A stretch of 64,000 nucleotides of DNA from Chiloscyllium plagiosum (taxonomy: Eukaryota): NCBI RefSeq assembly GCF_004010195.1, contig NC_057719.1:29240822-29304821 (forward strand). Direction: 5' to 3'. Under the pieces are notes generated by a model. That model did no database searches, was not told the DNA's origin, and saw only the letters and a program-made list of their open reading frames with translations. Position 1 is the first letter of the stretch, and the number at the start of each line of letters is the position of its first letter. This document shows, in pieces, positions 63,471 through 64,000 of the stretch. A program made the translations under genes and the position numbers.

Positions 63471-64000
63471 ACCATAAGAATATTCAAAGTAGGAACAAGA
63501 GTAGGCTCTTTGGCTCATTGTTCTATCATTCAGCAGAATCATGGCTAATCTGACATTCCTCACTGCTATTTTCTTGCTGTTTCCCCATAATCCTTGTTTC
63601 CCTTATTGATCAAGAATCTATCACAATCTTAAATTTACAAAATCACTCTGCTCCCACAATTCCCTGTGACAAGGAGTCCTGAACACTGTCAGAGAGAAAT
63701 TCCTCCACATCTCAATTTTAAATTGGCACCCCTTAATTCTGATACAATGCCATGTGATCCTGGGCCTTCTCATGAAGGGAAACATTCTCTCAGCATTACC
63801 CCATCAAGCCTCTTAAGAGTCCTCCATGTTTCAATGTGGTCACCTCTCATTCTTCTAAACTCTGATGAGTAGAGTCCCAAAGTGTTTAATCTTTGCTCAA
63901 AAGACAATCTTCCATACCTGGGTTCATTCTAGTGTGCCTTCCTTTAACCGCCTTCAATGAAATTTTATATTTCCTTAAATACGGGGACCAAAACTGCTCA
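63471..64000 (-). mobile_element. CR1 3' end (continues beyond window)
   Basis: accataagaa tail; cacctctcattcttctaaactc; ggggaccaaaactgc (reverse complement of QFWSP). Confidence 0.82.

Noticed and set aside
23200..64000. Additional host protein-coding exons (e.g. PPM1A, SIX6)
   Set aside because: No recognisable phosphatase, SIX or homeodomain peptide in any frame; very small exons cannot be excluded by eye.

Overview
Eukaryotic, repeat-dense genomic DNA, probably from a shark (inferred from HE1-type V-SINEs, a Deu-domain SINE and abundant CR1 LINEs), with a 500-N assembly gap at 35378-35877. The only host gene I can support is the 3' end of a SIX6OS1/C14orf39-like gene (synaptonemal-complex central-element protein) on the + strand. 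Its coding exons are at about 206-318, 1062-1197, 19367-19427 and 22893-23050, with a candidate extra 63-nt exon at 17680-17742, a probable GC-AG last intron and AATAAA at 23162. The rest is mostly nested transposable elements: CR1, L1, Tx1-type, Rex1/Babar and RTE LINEs, Gypsy/LTR remnants, Harbinger relics, a TA-flanked MITE and SINEs. A few repeat-free, motif-rich islands may be enhancers. The most notable non-genic signal is a set of short non-coding elements, often hairpin-shaped, with 12-18 bp target-site duplications and Penelope-type minimal hammerhead ribozyme motifs; one motif looks intact at 36776-36811 (- strand). Family and gene assignments come from recalled motifs, not database searches, and most repeat boundaries are approximate.
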